This document shows positions 9,478 to 18,764 of a DNA stretch of 64,000 nt, in pieces. The notes under the pieces were generated by a model, which saw only the letters and a program-made list of their open reading frames with translations, ran no database searches and was not told the DNA's origin. The stretch lies in assembly GCA_050942925.1 (NCBI GenBank), contig JBMNOF010000001.1:69712-133711 (forward strand), in the 5' to 3' direction. Source of the stretch: Candidatus Spyradocola sp. Its GTDB lineage: Bacteria > Bacillota > Clostridia > Christensenellales > UBA1750. Each line of letters begins with the position of its first letter. Position 1 is the first letter of the stretch. The position numbers and the translations under genes are program-made.

Positions 9478-12072
9478 ATGGATATTAACAAGCTGACGCA
9501 AAAATCCCGCGAGGCTGTGCAGGACGCACAGGCCTTGACGATTGAATATGGCAACACGCAAATCGAGCAGGCGCACCTGCTCTACGCCCTGCTCGCGCAG
9601 GAGAACGGCCTCATCCCGCAGATGCTGACCAAGATGGAGGTGGACCCGGAGGCCGTTAAGGCCGACGCACAGCAGGCCATCGGCCGTCTGCCCAAGGTCA
9701 GCGGCCCCGGCCGCGAGCCGGACAAGGTCTACATCTCCCAGGATGTGGATCGTGCGCTGAACGCCGCGCAGAAGCACGCGGACCACATGACGGACGAGTA
9801 CATCTCCGTCGAGCACCTGATGTTGGGCCTGATGGAGACGGCGGATTCTGCGCTGCAGAACATCTTCCAGAAGCACAACATCACCAAGGAGAAGTTCCTG
9901 GAGGCGCTCAAGACCGTGCGCGGCAACACACGCGTGACCTCCGATACGCCGGAGGACACCTATGATGCGCTGACCAAGTACGGCCAGGATCTGGTCGCCC
10001 TGGCCCGCGCGCACAAGCTGGACCCGGTCATCGGCCGCGATGAGGAGATCCGCAACGTCATCCGCATTCTTTCGCGCAAGACGAAGAACAATCCCTGCCT
10101 GATCGGTGAGCCGGGCGTCGGCAAGACCGCCATCGCGGAAGGGCTGGCCCAGCGCATTGTGCGCGGGGACGTGCCCTCTTCCCTGAAGGACCGCCGCCTG
10201 TTCTCGCTGGACATGGGCGCGCTGATCGCGGGCGCAAAGTTCCGCGGCGAGTTTGAGGAGCGCCTGAAGGCCGTCCTCAACGAGGTCAAGAAGTCCAACG
10301 GCGAGATCATCCTGTTCATCGATGAGCTGCACACCATTGTCGGTGCGGGCAAGACCGAGGGCAGCATGGACGCGGGCAACCTGCTCAAGCCCATGCTGGC
10401 GCGCGGCGAGCTGCACTGCATCGGCGCGACGACCCTGAACGAGTACGCCAAGTACATCGAAAAGGACCCGGCTCTGGAGCGCCGCTTCCAGCCGGTCATG
10501 GTCAACGAGCCCTCTGTGGAGGACACGATTTCCATCCTGCGCGGTCTGAAGGAGCGCTATGAGGTCTTCCACGGCGTCAAGATCCAGGACCAGGCGCTCA
10601 TCGCCGCGGCCACGCTCTCCAACCGCTACATCACGGACCGGTTCCTGCCGGACAAGGCCATCGACCTGGTCGATGAGGCTTGCGCCATGATCCGCAGCGA
10701 GATGGACTCCATGCCCGCGGAGATGGATGAGCTGAACCGCAAGATCATGCGCCACGAGATTGAGGAGGCCGCCCTGAAGAAGGAGACGGACACCCTCTCC
10801 CAGGAGCATCTGGCGGACATCCAGAAGGAACTGGCCGACATGCGCGCCCAGTTCAGCGAGATGAAGGCCAAGTGGGAGAACGAAAAGAGCGCCATCGGCA
10901 AGGTGCAGAAGCTCCGCGAGGAGATTGAGCAGCTCAATGGCGAAATGGAGAAGGCGGAGCGCGAGTACGACCTGAACCGCGCGGCGGAGATCAAGTACGG
11001 CCGCCTGCCCCAGCTCAAGAAGGAGCTGGAGGAGGAGGAGCGCACCGCGGAAGAGGGCAAGCGCACGCTGCTGCGCGACCGCGTCACCGAAGAGGAGATC
11101 GCGCGCATCGTGGCCCGCTGGACCGGCATCCCGGTCTCCAAGCTCATGGAGAGCGAGCGCGAGAAGCTCCTGCACCTGGAGGAGATCCTGCACCAGCGCG
11201 TCATCGGCCAGGATGAAGCGGTGACCAAGGTCACGGAAGCCATCCTGCGCTCCCGCGCCGGCATTCAGGACCCGAACCGGCCCATCGGCTCGTTCCTGTT
11301 CCTGGGCCCCACGGGCGTCGGCAAGACGGAGCTGGCCAAGGCCTTGGCGCAGTTCCTGTTTGACGACGAGAAGAACCTCATCCGCATCGATATGTCCGAG
11401 TACATGGAGAAGTACTCCGTCTCGCGCCTGATCGGCGCGCCTCCGGGATACGTCGGCTACGAGGAGGGCGGTCAGCTGACCGAGGCCGTGCGCAAGAAGC
11501 CGTATTCCGTCGTGCTCTTCGATGAGATCGAGAAGGCGCACCCGGACGTGTTCAACATCCTTCTGCAGGTGCTGGACGACGGCCGCATCACGGACTCGCA
11601 GGGACGCACGGTGGACTTCAAGAACACCATCATCATCCTGACCTCCAACCTCGGCTCCCAGTTCATCCTGGAGGGCATCCAGGACGGCCGCATCACGGAC
11701 GAGGCCCGCGAGAAGGTCGAGGCTCTGCTCAAGACGCAGTTCCGCCCGGAGTTCCTCAACCGTATCGACGAGATCGTGTTCTACAAGCCGCTGATGAAGA
11801 GCGAGATCGACCGCATCGTCGACCTGCAGATCGCCGACCTGCGCCGCCGGCTCAAGGAGCAGCAGCTCGACATCGAGCTCACGCCCGCGGCCCGCAGCTA
11901 CATCGTGGACTCTGGCTACGATCCGGTCTACGGCGCGCGTCCGCTCAAGCGCTTCATCCAGTCCAAGGTCGAGACGCTCATCGCCCGCAAGATTCTCTCC
12001 GAGGACCTGCACCACGGCAGCGTGCTCACCGTCGATTACGACGGCCGCGACCTCTTCGTCACGGGCAAGTGA
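9478..12072 (+). CDS. clpB: ATP-dependent chaperone/disaggregase ClpB
   Basis: 864 aa. Clp-N repeats, two AAA+ modules ([10 protein letters not shown].. and [12 protein letters not shown]..), a long coiled-coil middle domain, and GARPLKR near the C-terminus. Confidence 0.95.
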   Translation: MDINKLTQKSREAVQDAQALTIEYGNTQIEQAHLLYALLAQENGLIPQMLTKMEVDPEAVKADAQQAIGRLPKVSGPGREPDKVYISQDVDRALNAAQKHADHMTDEYISVEHLMLGLMETADSALQNIFQKHNITKEKFLEALKTVRGNTRVTSDTPEDTYDALTKYGQDLVALARAHKLDPVIGRDEEIRNVIRILSRKTKNNPCLIGEPGVGKTAIAEGLAQRIVRGDVPSSLKDRRLFSLDMGALIAGAKFRGEFEERLKAVLNEVKKSNGEIILFIDELHTIVGAGKTEGSMDAGNLLKPMLARGELHCIGATTLNEYAKYIEKDPALERRFQPVMVNEPSVEDTISILRGLKERYEVFHGVKIQDQALIAAATLSNRYITDRFLPDKAIDLVDEACAMIRSEMDSMPAEMDELNRKIMRHEIEEAALKKETDTLSQEHLADIQKELADMRAQFSEMKAKWENEKSAIGKVQKLREEIEQLNGEMEKAEREYDLNRAAEIKYGRLPQLKKELEEEERTAEEGKRTLLRDRVTEEEIARIVARWTGIPVSKLMESEREKLLHLEEILHQRVIGQDEAVTKVTEAILRSRAGIQDPNRPIGSFLFLGPTGVGKTELAKALAQFLFDDEKNLIRIDMSEYMEKYSVSRLIGAPPGYVGYEEGGQLTEAVRKKPYSVVLFDEIEKAHPDVFNILLQVLDDGRITDSQGRTVDFKNTIIILTSNLGSQFILEGIQDGRITDEAREKVEALLKTQFRPEFLNRIDEIVFYKPLMKSEIDRIVDLQIADLRRRLKEQQLDIELTPAARSYIVDSGYDPVYGARPLKRFIQSKVETLIARKILSEDLHHGSVLTVDYDGRDLFVTGK

Positions 12073-12075
12073 TCC

Positions 12076-12129
12076 GCAGAAAAACGAAAGGGTTTCCCCT
12101 GTATTGGGGAAACCCTTTCGTTTTTCTGC
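12076..12129. terminator. Bidirectional intrinsic terminator (clpB / convergent membrane-protein gene)
   Basis: 24-bp perfect stem GCAGAAAAACGAAAGGGTTTCCCC / GGGGAAACCCTTTCGTTTTTCTGC with a 6-nt loop. Confidence 0.8.
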
Positions 12130-12131
12130 GC

Positions 12132-12920
12132 TCATGCGCGTTTTACGCGCACCGCGCCCAGGCCTAAGAAGAACACGCCCGAGAACAGGGCGAGCGTGTT
12201 CTCGTCGTACAGAATCCACGAGAAGAGCGCCGGCGCGTCCCAGAAATCAATGGAGAGCCGGTTCAGCACGACCGCCGCCAGATCCACCGCCAGGCAGAAA
12301 CCGCCGACCGCCAGCAGCGCCGCGCCAGCCGGGCGGCTGCGCCGGGCGAGGAAGAAGAACGGCACGCCCGCCGCCAGGCGCAGAACCGGCGGCGCATAGA
12401 TCCCGATGTAGCGCGCCGCCGCGGAGCGGTTCATCGTGGCGCTGCGCACGGCGTTGGCCGCGTCGCCCGGCCACTCCGAGGCTGCAACGAGGAACGCCAG
12501 CAGCGCCAGGGCCAGCGCCGCTTTCCAACGGAAGCACCAGCCACGCCGCTGCCAAATCCCCAGCGCCGCATCCACGCAGCCGATGCCGACAAGCGCCAGC
12601 AGGAGCGTGGAGAGCCGCACGCTGGTTTCCGGGTAGGGCCTGAACCAGGCGGGCGATTCGCTGTGCATCCAGAGGGGGATGCACAGCAGCAGGGTGGGCA
12701 GCCACTCCAGCGGGGCGATGTCGCGGCGCAGCGCGCCCGTCAGGTGCAGGGCGAGCCCCAGCAGCAGCCCAAAGAGCAGGGGCGAGAAGCTGTCCACGCG
12801 GACGAGGTGTCCATCCACAATGCCCGAGCGCGGCCCGGCCAGGCGCACGCCGTAGACCAGGAGCACCCCGAGCGCCGTCGTGCCCACAGCCAGCGCAAAC
12901 CATCTTGCCTTCTTTCCCAT
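12132..12920 (-). CDS. Hypothetical polytopic membrane protein
   Basis: 262 aa with ~7-8 hydrophobic helices. GGAGGGGAGGAG RBS upstream of ATG 12920. No family recognised. Confidence 0.5.
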   Translation of the reverse strand: MGKKARWFALAVGTTALGVLLVYGVRLAGPRSGIVDGHLVRVDSFSPLLFGLLLGLALHLTGALRRDIAPLEWLPTLLLCIPLWMHSESPAWFRPYPETSVRLSTLLLALVGIGCVDAALGIWQRRGWCFRWKAALALALLAFLVAASEWPGDAANAVRSATMNRSAAARYIGIYAPPVLRLAAGVPFFFLARRSRPAGAALLAVGGFCLAVDLAAVVLNRLSIDFWDAPALFSWILYDENTLALFSGVFFLGLGAVRVKRA

Positions 12921-13013
12921 TCGAACTCCTCCCCTCCAGTTTCTTGCGCGGTTATCTTACGTACCCCGGATAGGCGCTCGCCACCATGCGCATGGGGGGC
13001 ATTCCTGGTACTC

Positions 13014-13721
13014 CTACCTGTCCGAATGCGCAGGCCCTTTTTCACCCATAAATCCGTCGTGCGAAATATCGGCCCACAATTCTGCGGGCATCGGGTCCGG
13101 CGTCTTCCGGAATGCAAAGGAATAGAACGCATTGGGATCGAGATTGTAGAAGCGAATCCTGCCTGTAGAAAGCCTCCCGTTTTCGTCCGCATACCCCTCC
13201 GTTTGGTGCGAAACCAACTCCGGATCTTCCCAAATGGAGCCGCCGTACTCGCAAAGAAGAATGGTCACGCTTCGATTTGTGCTTGCACCCTCTTCCAGAT
13301 CGAGCCACCCAAAGGAAGCGCTCACATAGATTTCCCCATCCGCGTTCGGACAGAAATAGGAGTCCGTATGGACCTCTTGCGTCATGCTGCCCGCATGCGC
13401 CGTGTAAGCATCTGCCCCAAGGTTCCAGAACGCATTGGGCGGATGGGAACCCTTTGTAACGAGTTCTGTACGGCTGTCCTCCGGCGTTTCCGCAAAGGGC
13501 ATTTGCGATTCCCCTACCCATTCCGCGGCGGGTTCTCCCTGCGCGCTTCGCGGCGCCTTGACCGGTTCCGCAAGGAGGTCATCTGCGTCCTGCACATCGA
13601 AGTCCAGCTGCGATTCCCCCACCCATTCCGCGGCGGGCATGGCAGTTTGCGCATATCCCGGAACGACGGCCATCGCAAGCAAAAGGGTCAGAAGAAGTAG
13701 TCTGGTGACGATGCGTTTCAT
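13014..13721 (-). CDS. Hypothetical secreted protein
   Basis: Signal peptide MKRIVTRLLLLTLLLAMAVVPGYA. Duplicated PAAEWVGESQ motif, encoded by two near-identical ~29-bp DNA copies at ~13503-13531 and ~13611-13640. AAGGAGAG RBS before ATG 13721. Confidence 0.55.
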   Translation of the reverse strand: MKRIVTRLLLLTLLLAMAVVPGYAQTAMPAAEWVGESQLDFDVQDADDLLAEPVKAPRSAQGEPAAEWVGESQMPFAETPEDSRTELVTKGSHPPNAFWNLGADAYTAHAGSMTQEVHTDSYFCPNADGEIYVSASFGWLDLEEGASTNRSVTILLCEYGGSIWEDPELVSHQTEGYADENGRLSTGRIRFYNLDPNAFYSFAFRKTPDPMPAELWADISHDGFMGEKGPAHSDR

Positions 13722-13810
13722 CGGTGTCTCTCCTTTTCCCATATTTCCGATGGACGATTTCGCGCGCAGCTTTGTCTTTTTGATTCTTTTGTTTTTCTCT
13801 TTCTATTAAC

Positions 13811-13839
13811 AAAATATCATATTTTATAGTTTCTGTCAA
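13811..13839 (-). promoter_or_regulatory. Candidate promoter for the secreted-protein gene
   Basis: On the minus strand: TTGACA, 17 nt, TATTTT, within an AT-rich spacer. Confidence 0.4.
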
Positions 13840-13898
13840 GTGTATTTGAATCGTTTTTTTGCCGATTCACTCTATAATCTCAAGTTTCGTTGTGTTAG

Positions 13899-13948
13899 CA
13901 AAAAAGCGCCGACCGAGATCAGCAAAACGCTGGTTTCGGTCGGCGCTT
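13899..13948 (-). terminator. Intrinsic terminator after the CofE-like gene
   Basis: AGCGCCGACCGA / TCGGTCGGCGCT stem with a T-tract on the minus strand (TTTTTTGC). Confidence 0.7.
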
Positions 13949-13958
13949 GAAAAGGATC

Positions 13959-15149
13959 TCACTCCGCGTAGTTGTCGAAATACCCTTGCACCAGGACGAT
14001 GGGCGTGCCCTTGTCTCCGCTGCCGGAGGTGAGGTCGCACAGCGAGCCGATCAGGTCCGTCAGGCGGCGCGGCGTGGTCCCCTGGGAGACCATCTTGCCC
14101 ACGAGGTTGCCGTCCTTCTTGCGGATGTAGTCGGCAATCGCGCTCTTGAGGGCCTCGCCGGAGAGGCTGGCAAAGTCGTTGTCCGCCAGGTACTTGAGCT
14201 TAACCTCGTTGGGCTGGCCCTCGAGCCCGGCGGTGTAGGCCGGGGAGACCACCGGGTCCGCCAGCTCCCAGATCTTGCCCACGGGGTCGCGGAAGGCGCC
14301 GTCGCCGTAGACCATGACCTCCACATGCTTGCCCGTGCGCGCGAGGAGCTCGGCCTGGATGCGCTCGACGATGGGCTGGCAGTCGCGGGGGAAGAGCTTG
14401 ACCTTGTCCTCGGTTGCCTTGTTGGAGCCCAGCAGGCCGTACGTTTCGTTGCAGCCGCTGCCGTCCACGGGCGCGGTCAAGAGGTCGTCCAGGCCGAGGA
14501 CCTTCTCGGCGCCGGCGGCCGCGAGCAGGCGCTTGGTGCGCGCGCGGCTGTGGATGTCGCAGCAGAGCACGGTCTTAGCGTAGGGCAGGATGGCGCGGCA
14601 GTCGTTGGCCAGGATCACCTCGGCCTCGCAGCCGCAGCTCTCGATCAGCTCCTTGTAGTAGGCGATGTAGTCCACGCCCGTGAAGAGGTGTTTGGTGTAG
14701 CCGAAGAGCGCGCGCCACTTCTCCTCCGTCAGCACGTCGCGGTAGGGGTCCACGCCCTTTTCGTCCAGCGCGTCCAGGTCCACCAGGGCGTTGCCGACCT
14801 CGTCGGCGGGATAGCTGAGCTGGAGCACGATCTTCTTTGCGCCCATGGCGATGCCCTTGAGGCAGATGGCGAAGCGGTTGCGGCTCAGGATGGGAAAGAG
14901 CACGCCGAGCGTCTCGCCGCCGACCTTCTGCCGCACATCCGCGGCGATCTGGCTGGTGGTGGCGTAATTGCCCTGGGCGCGAGCCACGACCGCCTCGGTC
15001 ACGGCAACGACGTCCCGGTCTCGCAGGGAAAAGCCCTCGCTCTCGGCCGCGGCGAGCACGCTCTCCACGACGAGCGCGGCGATGTCATCCCCCTGGCGGA
15101 TGATGGGGGCGCGAATGCCTCGGGATACGGTTCCGACCAATCGTTCCAT
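13959..15149 (-). CDS. F420-0:gamma-glutamyl ligase (CofE/FbiB)-like family protein
   Basis: 396 aa. The N-terminus (..RGIRAPIIRQGDDIAALVV..DRDVVAVTEAVVARAQGN) and C-terminus (..GSGDKGTPIVLVQGY) resemble CofE-family ligases. The true substrate is uncertain in a probable non-F420 organism. Confidence 0.55.
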   Translation of the reverse strand: MERLVGTVSRGIRAPIIRQGDDIAALVVESVLAAAESEGFSLRDRDVVAVTEAVVARAQGNYATTSQIAADVRQKVGGETLGVLFPILSRNRFAICLKGIAMGAKKIVLQLSYPADEVGNALVDLDALDEKGVDPYRDVLTEEKWRALFGYTKHLFTGVDYIAYYKELIESCGCEAEVILANDCRAILPYAKTVLCCDIHSRARTKRLLAAAGAEKVLGLDDLLTAPVDGSGCNETYGLLGSNKATEDKVKLFPRDCQPIVERIQAELLARTGKHVEVMVYGDGAFRDPVGKIWELADPVVSPAYTAGLEGQPNEVKLKYLADNDFASLSGEALKSAIADYIRKKDGNLVGKMVSQGTTPRRLTDLIGSLCDLTSGSGDKGTPIVLVQGYFDNYAE

Positions 15150-15178
15150 GGTTCGTTTCCTCCGTTTTCATGCAAAGT

Positions 15179-16072
15179 TTATTCGGCCGTCTCTTGGGCG
15201 GGGGCCTTTCTCCTCCGCAGGAGCGTGTGCAGCGCGCCCGTAGGGCAGGCGTGCAGGCAGGCCCCGCACCGGATGCACTCCAAATGGTTGGGGGTCTTGT
15301 AGGGAGCGATGTCCAGCTTGCAGGCGCGCTGGCACTTGCCGCAGTGCACGCATTTGTGCTCCTCCACGGCGAAACGATGCAGCGCGATGGGGTTGAAGAG
15401 TCCATAGATGGCGCCCAAGGGGCAGAGGTAGCGGCAGAAGGGCCGATAGACAAAGACCGAGAGCACCAGCAATGCGGCCAACAGCGCGACTTTCCAGGCA
15501 AAGAGGCCGCCCACCGCCGCCCGGAGCGGCGGATTGGTCAACAGCAGGGGGATTCCCCCGAGCAGCGTCCCAGAGGGGCAGATGTACTCGCAGAACCAGG
15601 GCATGCCCTGCCCGGTCACGTCCACAACGATCGAGGGCAGGAGCAGCACAAATCCCGCCAGGATGGCGTACTTGAGGAACCGCAGGACGCGGTCCCCGGG
15701 GAGCTTTTTTCGCTTCCAGCCCTTGGGCAGGGGGATCTTGTGCAGCAGGTCCTGCACAAGGCCGAACGGACAGAGCCAGCCGCAGACAAACCGCCCCAGC
15801 GCCGCGCCGAACAGGAACAGGAAGCCCACCACATAAAAGGCGAACCGATAGCTGCGGCTGCCGAGCACGGCTTGCAGCGACCCAATCGGGCACGAGCCCA
15901 GCGCGCCGGGGCAGGAGTAGCAGTTGAGCCCCGGCACGCAGACGTACTTGCTCGCGCCGCGATAGATCTTTCCCTGCAAAAAGCCAGCGGCATAGCCGTT
16001 CGTCAGCGCGGCAAAGGCCACCTGCACGGCGGTGCGCAGGTGGCGGTGGAGCCATTTCCAGGCTCTACCCAA
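15179..16072 (-). CDS. Membrane-bound 4Fe-4S binding protein (NapH/MauN-like)
   Basis: Polytopic, with CxxC pairs in loops (NCYSCPGALGSCP; CEYICPSG) and a C-terminal ferredoxin motif pair (CVHCGKCQRAC ; CIRCGACLHACP). TTG start at 16072, so the start is uncertain. Confidence 0.75.
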   Translation of the reverse strand: MGRAWKWLHRHLRTAVQVAFAALTNGYAAGFLQGKIYRGASKYVCVPGLNCYSCPGALGSCPIGSLQAVLGSRSYRFAFYVVGFLFLFGAALGRFVCGWLCPFGLVQDLLHKIPLPKGWKRKKLPGDRVLRFLKYAILAGFVLLLPSIVVDVTGQGMPWFCEYICPSGTLLGGIPLLLTNPPLRAAVGGLFAWKVALLAALLVLSVFVYRPFCRYLCPLGAIYGLFNPIALHRFAVEEHKCVHCGKCQRACKLDIAPYKTPNHLECIRCGACLHACPTGALHTLLRRRKAPAQETAE

Positions 16073-16211
16073 GGCCGATGCACTCCATGCAGATGGTCAC
16101 GGCCTTGCGCAGCACGGCGTCCGCCTCGCCGCGCCAAATGCCCAGGGCCACAAACGCCGCCCCGGCGAGCAAGAACGCTCCCGCCCACAGGTTGCGCCGC
16201 AGCGCGCTCAT
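16065..16211 (-). CDS. CD1871A-family small CXXC membrane protein
   Basis: 48 aa: MSALRRNLWAGAFLLAGAAFVALGIWRGEADAVLRKAVTICMECIGLG. One TM helix plus a C-terminal CxxC, the typical partner of the adjacent 4Fe-4S protein. Its ATG overlaps the upstream stop (ATGA). Confidence 0.7.
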   Translation of the reverse strand: MSALRRNLWAGAFLLAGAAFVALGIWRGEADAVLRKAVTICMECIGLG

Positions 16212-17155
16212 GCGCCGGCCTCCCCGAGGATCTCGTCCACGATGGCGGCCCACTCCGCCTCCGACTTGGAGCCCAGGTACGTGGAGCCCACCTGCGCGCC
16301 CGTCTCATCCACAAAGAACGTCGTGGGCACGGCAAAAATCTGCTGGAGCAGGAAGAACAGGTCCTCCGAGGGCACGATGTGCACGTAGTTAGCGCCCGTC
16401 TCCTCGACGATGGACCGCGCCTCGGCCACCTGGGCCTCGCTCACGCTCCCGTCCAGGCCCAGCACGTCGCTGACCAGGCCCACGACCTGCACGCCCTGGT
16501 CCGCGTAGGCTTCGTTCAGCGCGGCAAGGTCCGGCATTTCCTGGATGCAGGGGCCGCAGGTCGTGCCCCAGACGTTGATCATGGTGAGCGTATGGCCGGC
16601 AAAGAGCGTGGCGTCCACGGCATTGCCGTCCAGGTCCGTCGCCGTGAACGCACTGAGGATGCCCGTGGGTTCCTCTGTGCCGCCCTCCGACGGGGACTCC
16701 GCGGGAGACGCAGCCGGGGACTCTGCCGGCGATGCAGCCGGCTCCTCCGCGGGCGCGCCCGTTTCCGTCTCATAGGGCCAGTCCACAATGCCGCCCATGT
16801 CCAGGACGTTGGAATAGCCCATGTTTAGGAGCTTTCGGCCGGCGTCCTTGGTGCGGTTTCCCGTGCGGCAGTAGAGCAGGATGGTGGCGTCCTTGTCGGG
16901 CAAAAGGGCAGGCGGTTCGTCGCCGATCTCCTCATTGGGCACGTTGATCGCGCCGGGGATGCGCTCCTCGGCAAACTCCTCGGGCGTGCGCACGTCCACC
17001 AGCACCGCCTCGCCGGCGTCCAGCAGCTGCTTTCCCTCTTCCGGGGAGATGGTGGGGGGATTCGTTCCCGACGCCGGTGCGCAGGCTGCGAGCGGCAGCG
17101 CGAGCAGCAGGAGCGCGAGCAGCGCGGCGAATCGTCTCGTCCATTGTCTTTTCAT
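16208..17155 (-). CDS. Lipoprotein fusing a rhodanese domain to a TlpA/thioredoxin-like domain
   Basis: Lipobox LALPLAAC. Rhodanese core (..VLVDVRTPEEFAEERIPGAINVP..LLYCRTGNRTK, with an active-site Cys loop). A PAEEPAASPAESPAASPAESP linker. Redoxin domain with WGTTCGPC (CxxC). Start trimmed to ATG 17155; the ORF-track N-extension is non-coding-like. Confidence 0.8.
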   Translation of the reverse strand: MKRQWTRRFAALLALLLLALPLAACAPASGTNPPTISPEEGKQLLDAGEAVLVDVRTPEEFAEERIPGAINVPNEEIGDEPPALLPDKDATILLYCRTGNRTKDAGRKLLNMGYSNVLDMGGIVDWPYETETGAPAEEPAASPAESPAASPAESPSEGGTEEPTGILSAFTATDLDGNAVDATLFAGHTLTMINVWGTTCGPCIQEMPDLAALNEAYADQGVQVVGLVSDVLGLDGSVSEAQVAEARSIVEETGANYVHIVPSEDLFFLLQQIFAVPTTFFVDETGAQVGSTYLGSKSEAEWAAIVDEILGEAGA

Positions 17156-17172
17156 GGGCATACTCCTTCCTG

Positions 17173-17961
17173 TCATCCAGTCTCTTGCAGGGCGCGCACG
17201 GAAGCGCGCAGGGCCTCCTCGGTCTTGACCTCCACGACGGTGCGGATGCGCCTTTCGCGAGCGAACGCGAGCGCCCGCCGCCAATCCAGCTCCCCCGTTC
17301 CGAGGGGCAGGTGGTCGTGCCGGCCGCGGCAGTCGTGCAGGTGCAGGTGACGCACGCGGTCTGCATGCGCGGCGAAGAAATCCGCGTCCGCGTTTCCCGC
17401 GGCGCGCAGGTGGCCGACATCCATCGTTAAGCCGAAGGCCGGGTTCTCGAGCAGGCGCTCCAAGCCTTCCCGCGCAAAGGGCGGAAAGCCGCCCGTGTTC
17501 TCCACGCAGACCGCCGTGCCCGGCGCCGCCTCCCGCTCCGCGAGGTCCCGCAGGGCGCACAGCCCCTCCAAGAACAGCGGCTTCTCGCGCTCATAGAGAA
17601 AGACGCGCCCCTCGGGCAAGGTGAAGTACACCCCGAGGTTCAGGTGCAGGGTGACGACGGGCATTTCCGCCTCCGCCGCAAGCGCCAGCGCGCGACGAAA
17701 TGTCTCCCGCCACGCCCGGCGCACGCCGGGGTTGAAATCGCAGGCGTCCAGCCGCTCGTCCAGGTGGAGGGTAAAGGCCGTGCCCGTTTCCCGCGCGATG
17801 CGCCGAAGCGCCCGCGCGTCCACGGCCGCCGGGTCCGAAAACGCCGGCAGGTTGGCATTGCACTCCACAAACCCCAGGCCCAGTTCTGCGCACAACGCGG
17901 CGCTCGCCGCGGCGTCCGGCCGCTCCAGGAGCGTGGGGATGCCCAGGCTTTCCGCCCTCAC
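17173..17961 (-). CDS. Sugar phosphate isomerase/epimerase (xylose-isomerase-like TIM barrel)
   Basis: ..VTLHLNLG.., ..VCVENT.., ..GLTMDVGHL.., ..VRHLHLHD.. follow the pattern of the AP-endonuclease-2/xylose-isomerase-like TIM family. Proposed GTG start at 17961 overlaps the upstream TGA (GTGA); the start is uncertain. Confidence 0.7.
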   Translation of the reverse strand: MRAESLGIPTLLERPDAAASAALCAELGLGFVECNANLPAFSDPAAVDARALRRIARETGTAFTLHLDERLDACDFNPGVRRAWRETFRRALALAAEAEMPVVTLHLNLGVYFTLPEGRVFLYEREKPLFLEGLCALRDLAEREAAPGTAVCVENTGGFPPFAREGLERLLENPAFGLTMDVGHLRAAGNADADFFAAHADRVRHLHLHDCRGRHDHLPLGTGELDWRRALAFARERRIRTVVEVKTEEALRASVRALQETG

Positions 17962-18764
17962 AGCGCGCGCATGTAGCGGACAAAGGCCGGGAAGGCCTCC
18001 TCCGGCTCGGCCAGAGACGGCACCCATTTCTTTTCCCACTCAAAGGAGAAGTAGCCGTCGTATCCGTCCTGCACAAGGGTGTGGAGGATCTCCGGCAGCG
18101 GGATGTCGCCCTCGCCCATCGGGCAGAGGGTGAAGTGTCCATTCTCCCCGCGGTGGTAATCCTTGACGTGGACGTGGCGGAGCAAGGGGCGCACGACCTC
18201 GTAGAAGGGGCGGAAGTCGTCCCCGCAGGTCTTGTCGCTGTGCTCGACGTCCCAGAGGATGCCAAAGCCCGGCGCGCCCGCCATCTCCTGCGCGACCTGG
18301 CGCATGACCTCGACCGTGTTGAAGTCGCCATGGACCTCGAGCAGCGTCTGCACGCCCAAGGGTTCGGCGCGCTCGCAGACGCGGCGGATGCCCTTGCAGG
18401 CCAGCGCCACGGTTTCCTCCGCGCGCGCCGCGTCCGGGATGTCGTTGCCAAAGACGCGCAGGAAGGGGATGTCCATGCGGGCGCAGACCTCTGCGGCCTC
18501 CCACCCGGCGCGGACGTTCTCCTCCTGGGTCGCCGGATCGTGGAACTTGCAGGAAGTGCCAAAGCCCACGAGCTTGCGCCCGTGTGCGGCAAGGAACGCC
18601 TTTGTCTCCTGCGCGCGCTCCGGGGAAAACCGCGCGATGCGCCCGGCCTCCATTTCGCCGTCGACGCCGCGGACCTCGATGTCCACGTCCAGTTTCTCAA
18701 ACTCCTCCACCACGCGCGCAAAGCCCCAATCCGGGCAGCCCAGCGTGGAAATTGAGAGCTTCAT
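17958..18764 (-). CDS. Sugar phosphate isomerase/epimerase (xylose-isomerase-like TIM barrel)
   Basis: MKLSISTLGCPDW.., ..LLEVHGDF.., ..GILWDVEH.., ..HVHVKD.., ..YFSFEWEK.. are the conserved barrel/metal-site pattern. ATGA overlap with the upstream kinase gene. Confidence 0.8.
   Translation of the reverse strand: MKLSISTLGCPDWGFARVVEEFEKLDVDIEVRGVDGEMEAGRIARFSPERAQETKAFLAAHGRKLVGFGTSCKFHDPATQEENVRAGWEAAEVCARMDIPFLRVFGNDIPDAARAEETVALACKGIRRVCERAEPLGVQTLLEVHGDFNTVEVMRQVAQEMAGAPGFGILWDVEHSDKTCGDDFRPFYEVVRPLLRHVHVKDYHRGENGHFTLCPMGEGDIPLPEILHTLVQDGYDGYFSFEWEKKWVPSLAEPEEAFPAFVRYMRAL

Noticed and set aside
8710-12219. 1169-aa ORF antisense to clpB. Similar very long antisense or out-of-frame ORFs occur at 5223-7178, 20592-23072, 23472-26921, 27164-28948, 35535-38579, 38630-40624, 42345-44159, 44635-46644, 46708-48435, 48240-51911, 52229-54256 and 54582-56195.
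   Set aside because: The opposite strand or another frame encodes proteins with clear family motifs. These translations are Arg/Gly/Ala/Val/His-rich low-complexity strings, typical of stop-codon-poor frames in ~65% GC DNA. No RBS or sensible starts.
16208-17560. N-terminal extensions suggested by the ORF track (450 aa here; also 666 aa at 18761-20761, 645 aa at 595-2532, 662 aa at 44695-46683, 598 aa at 42492-44288, 545 aa at 46723-48360 and 603 aa at 5268-7079).
   Set aside because: The extensions are Arg/Pro/Gly-rich, overlap upstream genes or terminators, and lack an RBS. Internal starts with Shine-Dalgarno sequences give proteins that begin at signal peptides or conserved N-termini.
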